Positions 11,747 through 24,455 are shown, numbered from the whole stretch's first letter. The stretch is DNA of 63,900 bases, filler included, from Asterionella formosa (GCA_002256025.1; 12 parts of 12 records of this genome joined end to end with filler, not necessarily neighbours in it), one strand, 5' to 3'. The notes: generated from the sequence alone by a model not told the origin. A program made the numbers and translations.

Positions 11747-12879
11747 CTTTAGTTCCTTCTCAGGAGCTCTCCTTCGAAAAAACGGTTCATTGCTAGCAAT
11801 CATCTCAGGAGAGCAAATGTTATCACGGTAGTGATGCACAAGTTTCACAATACAATTAGGGTTGCACATATCCTCAATCATTGTGCGCTCGTCTAAACTG
11901 GTGTACCTGTGCTCAGTTTTCTGTAGAGTAAGTGCATTTTTTTCTGCGTCACTGGGATGAAGAACTACAGTATGCAGCCCATTCAAAATTCCGATGGTCA
12001 CCTTGTCGAATGTCAATTCTGATATTTCAATAGACCCCCTGACACCAAATGCCTTTCCCAGCTTCAATATAATCGACTTGATGCAGTCGTTGTGGTCTTC
12101 AAAAGGTAAGAGCCGTAGTAATAATAACTTTTAGTCCTTGTCAGCATCGAAATGCGATGCCAACGGCTTGTGACCGTACTCCAAAGGACGATGCTTGGAT
12201 GCAATCCCCATGTTCCTCTTGAATAAAGCCTGTATTGCACCCTCTCCATTCAAATCTTTTGTCAGGGCGGAAGTATGGGATACTTTGTCGGGAGAAGAAT
12301 CGGAAAATTTTTTTTAGCAAAGATTGGGTGGTGTTCGGTTGATACATCGCATTCGCGATGTCTTCGTCACAGGCAGCACCATCAAGCACCAGGTTGAATT
12401 TCTTTTCAAAGAGGCGAGTGGCAAAGTGGAGGACGCATGCATTGACAATTGACTTGGTAGCAGGTAGGCGCTTACCGCGGCATGAAAAAAGGAATCTCTT
12501 CAAGGAATGCTGCTGTTGGACGGATCGGAGTCAAAATTTCCTAGGGAGGCTAGGGTAGGATTGCTTGACAGTGCGTTGAATAATCTGTCTTCCATGAGGG
12601 TAATTGTCTTGCTGTATTTTCCTGTGTTGTGATTCATTGCTCGTATTTCCGTTGTCTGATCACTTGATCCATAAACAGTAGCAGAAGCTTGAATGGCGGT
12701 GGCATAGTCGGAGGCTGATATGCTTTCTTGTGGAATGGAAGAAGCGCCAGGAGTCGACGAGATGGCGGGATTTGATTCAGTAGTAGCAGAGTCAGATCCA
12801 GAATCAGACTCCAAATCTTCATCGTCACTCCAAAAATGAAAAGGAAGAGACAGATTAAGTTCAACTTAGAATTGAACAT
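11747..12879 (-). pseudogene. DUF3504/Crypton-like tyrosine recombinase, degenerate, C-terminal catalytic part not found
   Basis: Reassembled over frameshifts and one stop: Ser/acidic N-terminus, YQPNTTQSLLKKIFRFF, YGHKP, LGKAFGVRGSIEISELTF (box-I Arg), CIVKLVHHY..PFFRR. A GTAAGT donor follows at 11746. Confidence 0.6.
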
Positions 12880-13109
12880 TATATTGCGGCTTTGTATTTG
12901 AAGAGTAAAAATGATGGCGAAGTTGGCCAGTTTGTATGCTACACAAAGGCCAAAACTTTGGTCAATGTGTACAACAGGGTGTCAAACCAATCAGTTCTTG
13001 ATCATGCCCACGCTTCGTGAATCAAGAAAATTAATCCTTGGGACAATACTTCTCCTTTAGCTACTTGAATACTTCAATTCAGTTCTGGAGGATGAGGTCT
13101 GGGTCAAGA

Positions 13110-14450
13110 TCAATCTACAGTACAAATGAATGATAAACTGGAGAAAATGAAATCTCAGAAAGGGCACAATAACTCAAAATGTAAGAAAATACCCTAACGT
13201 ACTTTTTGAACTGAGATTCATGTACACACTAATTGTGGTGGTATATATTTCTATGGAATCTTGATAAGGTCATTTTGCAGTTTAGTATAGACATAAATAT
13301 AGACATTCAACAATAGACAGCTTGCTCTTTCGGTAACTAGAAATTTCGCATCGCTTTTTTGAAGAAAAACTATTTCCCAAAAGCCCACAAATTTTGAATC
13401 AATTTTGTGCAAGGATGGTAATGGACCTGTTGCTGCTGGTGTGATCGGTTAGATTGAGTCCGCTCATCATGTGCAGGGATTGCCCGCCCGTTTGAGGCGT
13501 AACCAGCATGTTGGCCGGTTTTCGGAGAAGTTGAAGCAAGCATTTAGGTTAGGCTCAGAGGAATAAGGTAGACATAAATTAACATTCAGGTGGAGTATTT
13601 GTAGTCTTTAACTCCGTTTTCGCAGTTCTCCTGAGTACTCTAACGGGTTTTGACCGCGGATAAGGTGATATTGGAAGAGTGGAGAGCTTCCAATGTGCTG
13701 ACGCAAAGGTTACATGTAGAGAAAAACGCAAGGTCACAAATGTAAAAGGCTGCCATGTTCCCATTTTTTGTCTGGTTCTTTTGGGTATGTATTAGTGTCT
13801 TGGGACCATCCCGATTTTCAGAAGCCCGCAAACAGAGTGCATGTGAACGAGTCGAACAAAAAAGTAGCTCTTCAATCAGTGAGTCCTGGTGCTGATGTGT
13901 AGAGGAGGGGGGAAGTTCACTAGGTACTAACGGAGGAAGTCCAGCATGGTGGCTGGGGTGAATTGCTTGCGACTTTTGTCACTAATGTTTTCCCATTTTT
14001 AATCTCCACCATTAGCACTGTCTGAATAGGAGCAGCTCGTTTTGGGTAATCTGGGAGGGTGAGTCGTGATCCGAGCCTGTGAGAGGCGCAATCATGAATG
14101 CTGTGTCTAGTAAATATTTAGCTACTGTAACAGTCCATTACCATCCTTGCACATAAGCATTTTTACATGCACAATGATGGCATCTTTTGGGAATTAGTTT
14201 TTCTTCCAAGCGATGCGAACTTTCTAGTGGTGTAAAGAACAAGCAGTGTATAGTTGCGTGATATATGTATGTCTATATAAAACTTCAAAATGACCTTATC
14301 AAGATTCCAGAGAAATAATAACTACGACAATTAGTACGTACATGATAGTCAGTACAAAATTATACCTTGAGGTATTTTCTAGCATTTTGAGATGTTGCAC
14401 TGTCTCCGAGATTTCTATCGCTCACGTTATCTCATTTATTTGTACATTGG
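13110..14450. repeat. long imperfect inverted repeat (arms ~13110-13440 and ~14120-14450), possibly a non-autonomous long-TIR element
   Basis: Shared blocks in inverted order: GGAATCTTGATAAGGTCATTTTG, ACTAGAAA(T/G)TTCGCATCGCTT, TGTGCAAGGATGGTAATGGAC. Confidence 0.7.
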
Positions 14451-15689
14451 ATAGAAACAATTATCTAAATAAAAATTTTACGCTAGTCATCGCGGACTCA
14501 ACGAGGATGTCCTTCTTACTTTGCTCATATCTTTCAAATTGAGCAAACGACGATGAAAACAAATTCTAGTGGCAATTTCAATTTTTTGTCATCAATATTG
14601 GTGCTAAAAGAATCATTATTGAACGGTTACCTCGTCTATGTTACGCTATATATATGTAAGAAATAGCAAAAGTTGATTGTCATTTTTCGTGGAGATACCA
14701 GTGGTATTCAGTCCAATAATTTTGTCATGGCCAAGACGGAGTTGCTGTCTCATCATCCCCTCCTACCGGCCGGGTACACCAGTACAAATCAAATTTACTT
14801 ATGTAGCAAGTGAAACATATATAACATTCCGGTTTGAATATATAAGCATTATTTGCAGTGGTACCTGTAGTAGTTCTTCTACGTATGGATACGAAACCTT
14901 TCATGCATACCGGTAGGTTGAGATGCTCTACTACATACTGCTAGTACCAGTACCAGTACCAGTAACTACCGGTACCTACCTTGTACACTCTTGCTAGTAA
15001 ACTATAGGTACTATCCATAGAGCTGTGCAGCCCTGTGTGTCCACCCCAAGCCGCCAGACAGGGGAGTGTCGGATGCTGAACCAAGCTGGGGAGGCGTTGA
15101 AATTGCCATGACCAAGCCAGCAACAACAAGGGCGGGGTTCCGATATTAAAGGGCTGATTATTCGGCTGCCAAGAACGAGGTGGCCCCGTGTGTCCTTGGG
15201 TATTTGCGTTAGCTGGCTTGCTATTTATTGGTGGTAGTAGGGTATCATGAAGCGCCGGGTGATGTCCCCATACTGTATTACCGGGAATATGTGGAAACAT
15301 AGTATTAAACTTGCTTATTTATCTCTAATAAATCTGATGTCCGGGAATAACCATGGGAAATGTTTTCTGCTTACTATGTCCGGGGGAATGGCTTAGTGTT
15401 TAGCACACCCACTGTGGTGGCGGTTTCGATTCCTGAATTCTTCACCTGTCTTTTTCATGTAGTCCCTAGGGTTCCGGGCGGTGCGGCTGACGAAAAGACA
15501 GGTCCCATTGTACCGTATGGACGAATAAAACCAGTACTAATTTTGTCCATCTATTTGGTGGGCCCGAGTGCAATTATTTGATAGCTTTAATGTACTATAA
15601 ATTTTAATTGACATTTTTTCTGCTTACCATGTCCGTGGTGGACATACGGAGCCATGGGCCTATTGTGGGGGGTTTAGGGGCTACTACTC

Positions 15690-16016
15690 CTCGTATGGGT
15701 TAAATAGTGTGTTTAAAGGTCTTGTTTTTGCAACTACTAGGGCAAATATGGTGCCACTAGTTTCCTTCTTATTGATGCTGAAGGCATAGTCATAGATGAG
15801 GTTGTCTTTGGTGTCTGAATATAAGGAGCCCTGTTCTACTTTGAGGACTACTAGTGTTCGCTTGCTCGTATGGGTTAAATAGTGGGTTTAAAGGTGTTGT
15901 TTTTTCTAGTACTACTAGGGCAAATGTGGTGCCACTAGTTTCCTTCTTATTGATGCTGAAGGCATAGTCATAGTTGAGGTTGTCTGTGGTGTTCTACTTT
16001 GAGGACTACTAGTGTT
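15690..16016 (+). repeat. tandem duplication, period 175 bp
   Basis: CTCGTATGGGTTAAATAGTG...GAGGACTACTAGTGTT at 15690 and 15865. The second copy has a short internal deletion. Confidence 0.85.
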
Positions 16017-17233
16017 GAACTGTGTGGGAACTAACTGTGTGGTTAAGTTACTAGTGTCCTGAATATGTTTTTTGGCGAGTTTTTTTGCTGTCGTTTTTGT
16101 GTTTGTTGGCTGGTTTGTTTGTTGGTTGGTTTGTTGGTTTGTTGTAAAACCTAGTATGTCACGAAGTGGTGATGACCATGCATATAGGCGATTTTAAAGA
16201 GTTAATTGATGACGTTTTCTATGTAAATAAACGCCTGTCCTGCGTCAGGTTTTTAATTTCAGCAAAATGACCACAACTTGTACCCTGAGGATACCAGTGT
16301 ACCTGGAACCTGGTACAAGTATTATGCATAGGTAAATTTACATGGTGACCGACTACCGGAAATACTAATTAAAAATGAACGGTTATTCTACTATCAGCCT
16401 ACGATAGATTTCTCTACTTCCTGGAGCCAAATACATCAAGAGACAATCTTGACATAGTGATACAAGCCACCCCAGGCAGAATGCAGGTACTAAACAGAAT
16501 GCCAATCAATTTACCATGTGACTCTATGATGGCATCAAAACAATACTACGTACCGGTAGTCGACCAAACCAGTTTTATGAAGCAGGAAATGCTAGACTGA
16601 GTGTCGAGACCACAAGTTGATGTTCTTGCCAGTATCGATAAAATCGCCTCAAATTTTCATGAAAGTAATTTTTGTTAAAGAGGCATTTTCCCTTGTACAC
16701 AAATGTAGCCAAGCAATAGAGCAAGATTGTTTCGACTTGATTGCTGATTGTTGAGTTGCATATCTCGCCGGTGACCTACCATTATGAGAGCTAAAGGGTA
16801 CTTCTCGTGTGTATGAGTTCTTCATTTTTTACTGGCTACAGCTGTCTAAACCTCGCAAGTCACGTCCACCAGGGAAATGCAACGAACTGTCAGAAGCGAG
16901 GTGAGAGGCATTTGCAGATGGACACAATCATGTTGCTCAGCTAAACAAGCATGAATGTTCAACCTGACTTGACTATACACAATACGAAAGAAGAAACTTG
17001 AGAAATATTCTTGAACCTTGATTGTCTTGGACTTGAGATGCTCGTTTGTCCTTGTAAATATGGACCTACTAAAACGATGATCTTGACTCTACAAAAGAAA
17101 GAATGGATCAATGTTACCATCTCAACACAATCTTCGTTTGCCTTTTTTCCTTCTTTCTTTATCTTGATCCTTGACAAACTAAGAGTATCCCCTTTTAACA
17201 AGTAATTAGTGCGCTATACCATGTAGCTTGTCT

Positions 17234-18487
17234 TCAGCCAGAGGCCTCGTGATCTCCTTTTGGTCCCGGGCTCCCTTCTCTCCTAATTGGCCGGTCGGGT
17301 TCGCTTCGTTCTCTGTTTCTCTGCCTTTGACGCTCAAACGACGATGACCTGAACGACAAAGATGCATTACCTAGTGAGACAGGAGTACGTAGGGCCAATA
17401 CTGTCGTAACGTTCCTCGTAGACTTACCGTTCCGGGCCTCCTCTACTTCGTTCTCCACGTTCGGGCGAGCGTCTACCGTGACCATCTACCATCCGACCTC
17501 TCATTTCATTCGGTGTCTTCCTCCTCTCTTGAGCGAAAACAACTTCCAGTTGACTTCCTTTGATGACAAATTTGTCCATTTCCGACCTGGCCTCACGTGC
17601 CATTTCAGGAGTGGCATATTCAATGAACGCAAAGCCTTTTGGCTGTTGGGAATGAAAGTCTCGTGGGATGTACACGTCTCGAATGACTCCAATCCTTCCA
17701 AAAGCATTTTGCAAGTCCAGCGATTGAATATCCGAGGGAAGGTTTCTGACCAAGAGAGACACGCCGGGTGGACCTTCCTCACGACGACGACGTTCGCCTC
17801 TGCCACCCCTTGGAGGCCAGTCGAACGGTGGTCCACCACCTGCGTGGGCGTGGTGAGGCCAGTTGCCATCGTAGTGATCTGGAGGACCAAAGCCGTCCCG
17901 GTAACCATCACGAGGGCCCAGATCTTTAAAAAAGGGGAAAGATGAATGAGGCGAAATTTTCTCCAAAACGTGCTCGTGACATTCCCTCTCATACGTGCAT
18001 GCCGTACACGATCCACATGCGCAGCGGCATCTCGATTTCCTTCAACGTACCTCGCCCGCCTCGGAAGTCTCGGTCACCCTCGGGACCACCACCGTAGCCA
18101 CCAGGTCGACCTCCTGGTCCAAAGCGGTCGTAGTGCGGATCCGATGGACCCCCTCTATCGCGGTAATCGCGTGGTGGATAAGGGCGTCCCTAAGTATTTA
18201 TTGGTAACGATTCAAAAAAAGCGAAGCGATGATATGTTAGTTTTGATTTGTTCTACTGTCCTGTTCGGAACAATCGTTTCTGGAGCTAGCAATTGATTGA
18301 GACGTACCCTTGGTGACCGACTTCTCGATCGACTCCAAGAACGGCTCCTACGAGGACGCCTTGGAGGAGAATCATAGGATCTGGATCTTCGCCTTCTCGT
18401 AGGCGAGCGTCGTCCGTTTCCAGGCGGCGAAGGCGGAACGTTCCCTTCTCGTTTCGGCGACGGTGAGCGCCTGCGATCGTTCATCAT
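17234..18487 (-). CDS. SR-family splicing factor (single RRM, SC35/SCL-like), 4 exons
   Basis: Exons 18487-18308, 18189-18051, 17923-17428, 17348-17234, with GT-AG introns and consistent phases. RS-rich N-terminus; RRM SLLVRNL..DVYIPRDFHSQQPKGFAFIEY..VVFAQERRKTP. Confidence 0.9.
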
Positions 18488-19090
18488 TATGCTGTTGATT
18501 CAAAATGATGCAGGGATGTACGATGTCAATGTTGTCTTGCTTCCAATCCAAGAATGACAGCCAGTAGTTAGCTAATTCTGATTTACGAAGGGGAGTCGGA
18601 AGGTCATGACGAGTGAAATTAACACTTTTTATCTGTACAAATACATATACAATCTCATTACCAGTAAATAGCGAACAACTCCAAGTACCAGGGTAGCTAC
18701 TTATTTGCGTGTATTCATACTGGTATGTATTCTAGTTCAGTCCCTATTTACAGTGATATTCCAGGTGCTGTTGCATTCATTCTAACAGGTACCCACCCTG
18801 GCAGTACGGATCGCTCCTTTTTTGTCGTTTTCCAACCCTCCTCCTGCCTGTGGTATGTTGATGAGGCACTTGGCTTACCGGTAGACACCACCGGTACCGG
18901 TACCCGGAAAACCAGGTAGTGTGAAGTACCTGTACCTGGTACCATGCATATAATGCTTGTACGCACTTGTGCGACTTGCATACGTCGCCTCAGCACTCTC
19001 ACATCTGCCTGTCTGTCTTACCAGTATTCTCCTACCGGTAAAATAAGTATTCGGAGTACCGGTACATACGTACAACCGCAAAAACCGGTA

Positions 19091-19185
19091 CCTGCAAGTT
19101 GCTGTACATTTGCTAAACTAAAGATTTAGCTCCCTCTCTCCGAGATTAAATTGTCGATTTAAGCAAAATGACCGCTACTTGCTGG
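19091..19185. mobile_element. 95-bp MITE, copy 1
   Basis: TA|CCTGCAAGTTGCTGT...ACCGCTACTTGCTGG|TA. Confidence 0.8.
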
Positions 19186-19240
19186 TACTTAGCTAGCTAT
19201 CCTGTCCATCCGATAGTCGAACCAACCGGTATACCAGGTA

Positions 19241-19414
19241 CTCCCTCTGTCTAGTAACAGTTGCATCGATTCGCCGGCACCACCAATGTCATTGCTGTTC
19301 GCATATGAAGGATTGTGTTACCATCATATCAAATTTCTTCGTGAGGGTCGGCTTACTCGAAAAAATGCGTTTTTTTATGAGTTACATAGACGTGAACATA
19401 TACTCGGTTTCTGT
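19241..19414 (+). mobile_element. second copy of the DD39D mariner terminus seen at 4468
   Basis: TA|CTCCCTCTGTCTAGTAACAGTTGCATCGATTCGCCGGCACCACC... closely matches 4468-4640. Confidence 0.85.
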
Positions 19415-19429
19415 ACCTGTTACCTAGTA

Positions 19430-19524
19430 CCAGCAAGTTGCGGTGAATTTGCTGAACAAAAGCTTTAGCTGTCTTTATCCAAGATTAAATTGTTTATTTA
19501 AAGGAAATGACCGCAACTTGCAGG
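19430..19524. mobile_element. 95-bp MITE, copy 2
   Basis: TA|CCAGCAAGTTGCGGT...ACCGCAACTTGCAGG|TA. Confidence 0.85.
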
Positions 19525-19749
19525 TACTCCTGAGCCTAATAGTCTACCGGTATAATACGGTATATTTGATTGTATTGAATTGCATTGCACATTAGATACA
19601 AAATGTTACAGTTGAAAGTTGAGAGCACCTTGTGAGTGCACATTTTAGTATGCGCACTTTTTCAGTTTCGACTCGCTCTCTCCCTATGATTCCTCCCATG
19701 CCTACTGGACAGGATATGCTGGCTTTCCATTCTAAAGCAACTCTCTTCA

Positions 19750-20767
19750 GGTTCCTGCATTTCAAGCCTAGATTATTGAGGTAGGGTTAAAATAATAAAA
19801 GCTATTGAGTCAGAATACTGGTAGTCAAACACAAGTAACATGTAAATGTACATCACTAAACAGCGCTTTCACCAATATACACCCTTTCAAAATGCTTAGA
19901 CGCAGTCATTGATCAAAGTAGGGGTATAGGTTGACTTTATATTACGTCAGTATATAGGATCTGGCGAGAAACTGCAGAAAGGAACCTTTGGTCTTTTAAT
20001 CATGCTATCAAGACCAGAAATTTCAGGGGAAGTCACTTGACTTGGTGGGAGAGGAAAAAACCCAAGTTCCTTTCTGCAGTTTCTCGCTAGAAGTTATATA
20101 CTGATGCTATTTGAAGGTTACCTAGCTATGTATCTAAATTGCCGTCAGACCCAGCCAACATTGAGCAATCCTTGTCCAAAAATTCGGCCTTTTCAACATT
20201 TTCCAAAGTATTGGAATCAGAACCACTAATTCCCGAAACATCATCATCGGAATAGAAGTATTGTGATTCAATATTTCTTCCTACAATCTCCTGTACAAAA
20301 AATTCCATTGTAAGTGCCCGCTTCAGTACAAATATTTTGATTGGTCAATTGAATTACTTACCACCATTTGATTGGCATGGTTTCTTGTGAGGTCTTGCAA
20401 ACCCATGCTGGCCATACTGGATACATATCCAACATTTTCTGGGATATTTACCATCATTGATTATATGCGTACCAGTAAATACTAGAATGCACATTCAAAT
20501 ATTTGCCAAGCCATTGGGTCATATGGCGCATAGCTGTTGATTGGAGTATAGAGTATACATACATTCAGCAATGTAGAATGTGTATTTATATATTTAGCGA
20601 ATTCGAGAAGGAATCCATGTACATACACGCTAATTTCCGCTGATTTAAATATTTCAAACGGAATCCTTGTTATTCATAATTAGTACATAAACTTTCCCAG
20701 TTCCAGGGAATTTCGGCAACCCTAAGCAATATTTTGATTTTTGCTTTAGGGTTGAAATGCAGGCACT
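19750..20767 (+). mobile_element. ~1-kb non-autonomous TIR element with internal palindrome (TTAA-flanked, Kolobok-like), copy A
   Basis: GGTTCCTGCATTTCAAGCCTA ... TAGGGTTGAAATGCAGGCACT. Internal inverted repeat ~19961-20090. Homologous to 43933-44956 and, inverted, to ~27310-28016. Confidence 0.75.
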
Positions 20768-22785
20768 ATAAGTAAGTTTCTGACGAAAAATTATCATTCA
20801 TTAAATCCAAGTTGCTCTGATCATCGAACTCGTGTTCACCTACTTTAGCCATAATATTATTCAGAGTCTGGCGGACGATGCACAAATCGCTCAGTATCTT
20901 CTAGTCGTGGTCAACAAATTCTGTTCGTATTCAGGAAATTCTACTAATCATTGTCAGCAAGTTCTAGTCATATGTAGTCACTATCTGGATCAGTACTCGT
21001 GGGTCATTTTGAAAATGTCAATAGACTGTTAATTGATATTGTCAAATAGAGAACCAAGAAAATTTGGTTTGACCAACAGATTACCGAAGTACAGCGTGTC
21101 GTATACTGTGAAATTGTCAAATCTCGTTGTAACTCCATCGTTTTGAATTGTGGCTGCATTGTCGATGTGAAGAATTGTGCCATCAGCGACTTCAACTTTC
21201 ATTGTCGGTATTTGCGTTATTACAATTATTATTTTACGATTTTATTCTGTATGTCGTGCTAGATATATGTACCGAATAGCAAAGCATCATTCTCAATTTT
21301 CGTGGAGAAATTCGCAATTTTCGTCATGGTCAAGACAGTGATGGTATGATGCAGGCGCCATTCTTCAGCTGCTCACAACAACTACACTACAGTGATTTAT
21401 ACATAGAAAATCGCAACACATCTAAGCTAAATAATTATTTACTGCCGTCTACAATTGCTACCTCGATCGGGTACTCTGAGCATACATACTGGCATATCCC
21501 AGCCATGATAACAAAGGCGATATTGCAAATATGCCACAATGCTGTTACATCAGGCGTGATACATGGTGACTGTAACCTTGTACATAGATATAAAGTTACT
21601 TATTTTCATAGTGTTGGCACGGCTATCAGGGGGTAAAACGGCAGCTGTGTGTGTTCATGTACCGGTATATACCGGTCCTTCATTTGCAGAAGGGTCATTC
21701 AGAACATCTATTCATATTCGCAAGCACTAGTCATTGTCATCAGATTCTTCTAATCATTGTCAGCAAATTCTAGTCGTCATCAGCAAGTTCTAGTCGTTTT
21801 CAGAAATTTCTAAATGTAGAATGATTCCTATTTGCATTCCGAAACTAGAAGATGGTTTGCTGAACCTGTTGATCAGAGAGCAAATCTGAGTTGTGTTCAG
21901 AGACTGACTCTGCAAATCATCATCTGTCAATAAAGTATTAGTAATATTTCCTAAAAAAATTAAGGTAAAACAATTTCCATTGAAAGCTGGCCTATCTCTT
22001 CCGGCAGGCATGGGATGAATCATTGGGACTGATTTTTAACTGAAAAGGTGTGCATAAAACATGCTTTACTAGACCTTCTATTTCTCATTTCCCGCAACTT
22101 GCCTGGTACATTTTGTATTGATACATGCTATCATACTCCCCAGGTACTGATATGCGCAAATTCCCAAATAAAGAGTAGCAGAAGCAGGTATGGCTAGTAT
22201 GATGCCATAAATCATGGATGGGTTTGATACCTGCATATGTATTAAATTCTTTTGCACTCTGACTGCAATGCTAGCTCTTTCTAGACAAACTCAGTGTACT
22301 AAACCTTCTGATCTTAGTATCCCACCTTATTGTGAGCTTCTTTGATCTATATTCTAATCATTCATACAACCAATCATTTAGGTTCTCATCCCAAATTTGT
22401 TTATAGATACTCATTGTGCGGTTAGACAGCATTCAACTCTCAACTGACAACTTAACTCCACTTACTTGCTTAGTGGAACTATCATGAATATTCAATGCTA
22501 TCTGCATTGCATATACTGGTACACCTTTCCTTCCATGAAGTATTGATTACTTAGAACATTCTACATTCGAATAATTTACCTTGGTTTGCTGATATGGTTC
22601 TTGGCAGTGAATGCTGTTCAAAGTCTCACAGCATTTCAATACGGAATTTTGGCTCGAATATTATTCAAGATTGATTAGTTCGACTGTGTAATATGCATGC
22701 ATCACTAAATCTTGACAGATATGTACCAGTATGTACCGGTCGGTATACCGGCATATCCAACATGAAGGATTCTTATTTTATGTGA

Positions 22786-22930
22786 GGGTCGTTCTTATCA
22801 TTTTTTTTCGTGTATCACGGAATTTGAATTTTTTTGAAAATGTATCAGCAACGGTAACTCGATTTGAACTGAATTTCATTCATTCCAAAAGTGTCACTGT
22901 ATCACTAATTTGTGATCACATTGTATCATG
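22786..22930 (+). repeat. putative left terminus of the second Harbinger element, with GTATCA subterminal repeats
   Basis: GGGTCGTTCTTATCATT at 22786 is identical to 49251. GTATCAGCAACGGTAACT is shared at 22842 and 49329. Confidence 0.65.
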
Positions 22931-23079
22931 GAGTAAAATGAATCTTCAACGGCAACAGGCTGGCGAAGATCATGTGTATATCCCTCCAGAATATAATGAT
23001 GGTCTTGATATCAAGCAACAACAAAATATAATTACCGGGAAACTAAATATAATATTAAAAACACACATTTGCATGAATC

Positions 23080-24083
23080 ATGTCGTCGCCATTTGATTTA
23101 CTTGATGATAATGACGATGACAGTAGTGATCTTGATTTCTTCTTCCTCTGTCATTTAACTAAGGAAGCAGAGGAAAAAGAACACTCATCCAAACGACAAA
23201 GGCGACGCTGTAAACGGCAGCTTCAGTCATCTGAACGACGACGACAACGAAGGCACAAGTGGCACCACGAAAGAATCTCCTGGCAATCACATGTCGAGAA
23301 ACTCAATCACGAGATTGCTTTCGAGAAGACATACAGAATGTCACACAGAGCATTCAAAAAACTCACCTCCATGCTGGAAATTCAGATTGCAGGGAATTAT
23401 TCCAAATGTGGCACTTCTGAGCCCATAATTCCCGAAATTGTGGTAGCCATTGGTTTGCGATGGCTGGCTGGTGGCAGTTACATCGACATTCGTCATGCCT
23501 ACGGTTGTAGCATTGCTTCACTTTATCGATGTCGTGATTTGTTCATTGATGCTGTACTAAACTGTGAAGAACTCGAAATTATTTTTCCAAAAGAAAAAGA
23601 AGAATTTATCAAATTGGCTTCCAGCTTTGAATGCAAAAGCTCAGAGGGCGTGATGAGAGGATGTGTTGGTGCTATTGACGGCTTCCTTGCCACCATCAAC
23701 CGCCCGACTATAGTTGAAAGTGGCAACAACCCTGGTTCATTTTTTTCCGGTCACTACATGACTTATGGAATCAATGTCCAGGCTGTTTGTGATGCTGACT
23801 CAAGATTTATTTATTTTGGTGTAATTGCACCGGGAAAATGCAGTGACCAAGTAGCTTTTGAAAAAACTTCCATTTTCGATCAAGTTGCAGCATTCAACAC
23901 AGGTTTTTATCTGGTCGGCGATGCAGCTTACACATTGTCTGATGTAATGCTTGTTCCCTTTGTTGGCTCACAACGTGATGATCCAACACAGGATACATTT
24001 AACTTTTTCCTTTCACAGCTAAGGATAAGAATAGAAATGGCATTTGGTCTTCTTCAGACAAAATGGTGTGTTCTGAAAAAAAA
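23080..24083 (+). CDS. PIF/Harbinger (DDE_Tnp_4/HARBI1-like) transposase, cut by the contig end
   Basis: FEKTYRMS..F, LRWLAGGSY, GCVGAIDG, GINVQAVCD, SDQVAF, YLVGDAAY, FNFFLSQLRIRIEMAFGLLQTKW. Open to the gap. Confidence 0.92.
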
Positions 24084-24183
24084 NNNNNNNNNNNNNNNNN
24101 NNNNNNNNNNNNNNNNNNNNNNNNNNNTTAATTAATTAANNNNNNNNNNNNNNNNNNNNNNNNNNNNNNNNNNNNNNNNNNNN
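24084..24183. other. artificial 100-nt contig spacer (also at 48266, 49830, 51394, 52958, 54522, 56086, 57649, 59213, 60776, 62339)
   Basis: The same N-run/TTAATTAATTAA/N-run linker, with stops in all six frames, occurs 11 times. Confidence 0.98.
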
Positions 24184-24455
24184 CCATGGCTGCTCTTGGC
24201 TGACAGTTGCCAAGTTAAGTACAAACACAACGAGGGCGCACAAAAGACAGTCCAATTTTAATCGACTGGCTGATACTTAGTTGTGAGACTCACCATTCTG
24301 CAATGGGGTGGACTTTGATCATTGCTTCGTTCAAAGCACAATCAATTCGAATGCTGTCCAGTGAAACAGCCAATGAAAACAATTGTGGCGAAAAAGCGCA
24401 GAACAGATCAAGAGCGAGATTTCATAGGAATTAAAATAACAGGGCATATATGATG
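24184..24455 (+). repeat. dispersed repeat, inverted copy of ~62452-62732
   Basis: CCATGGCTGCTCTTGGCTGACAG...CAGGGCATATATG matches the reverse complement of 62452-62732. Confidence 0.85.

Noticed and set aside
14006..14026. CCACCATTAGCACTGTC as the right TIR of the 9420 Harbinger
   Set aside because: Only ~11 of 12 internal bases match. The terminal GGCC and TSD do not.
15180..15400. RNase MRP-like motifs on the minus strand (CCCCGGAC...GCAGAAAA; ACACGGGGC)
   Set aside because: The CR-I GAAAG is missing and the first motif is repeated near 15615-15640, which fits a local repeat better.
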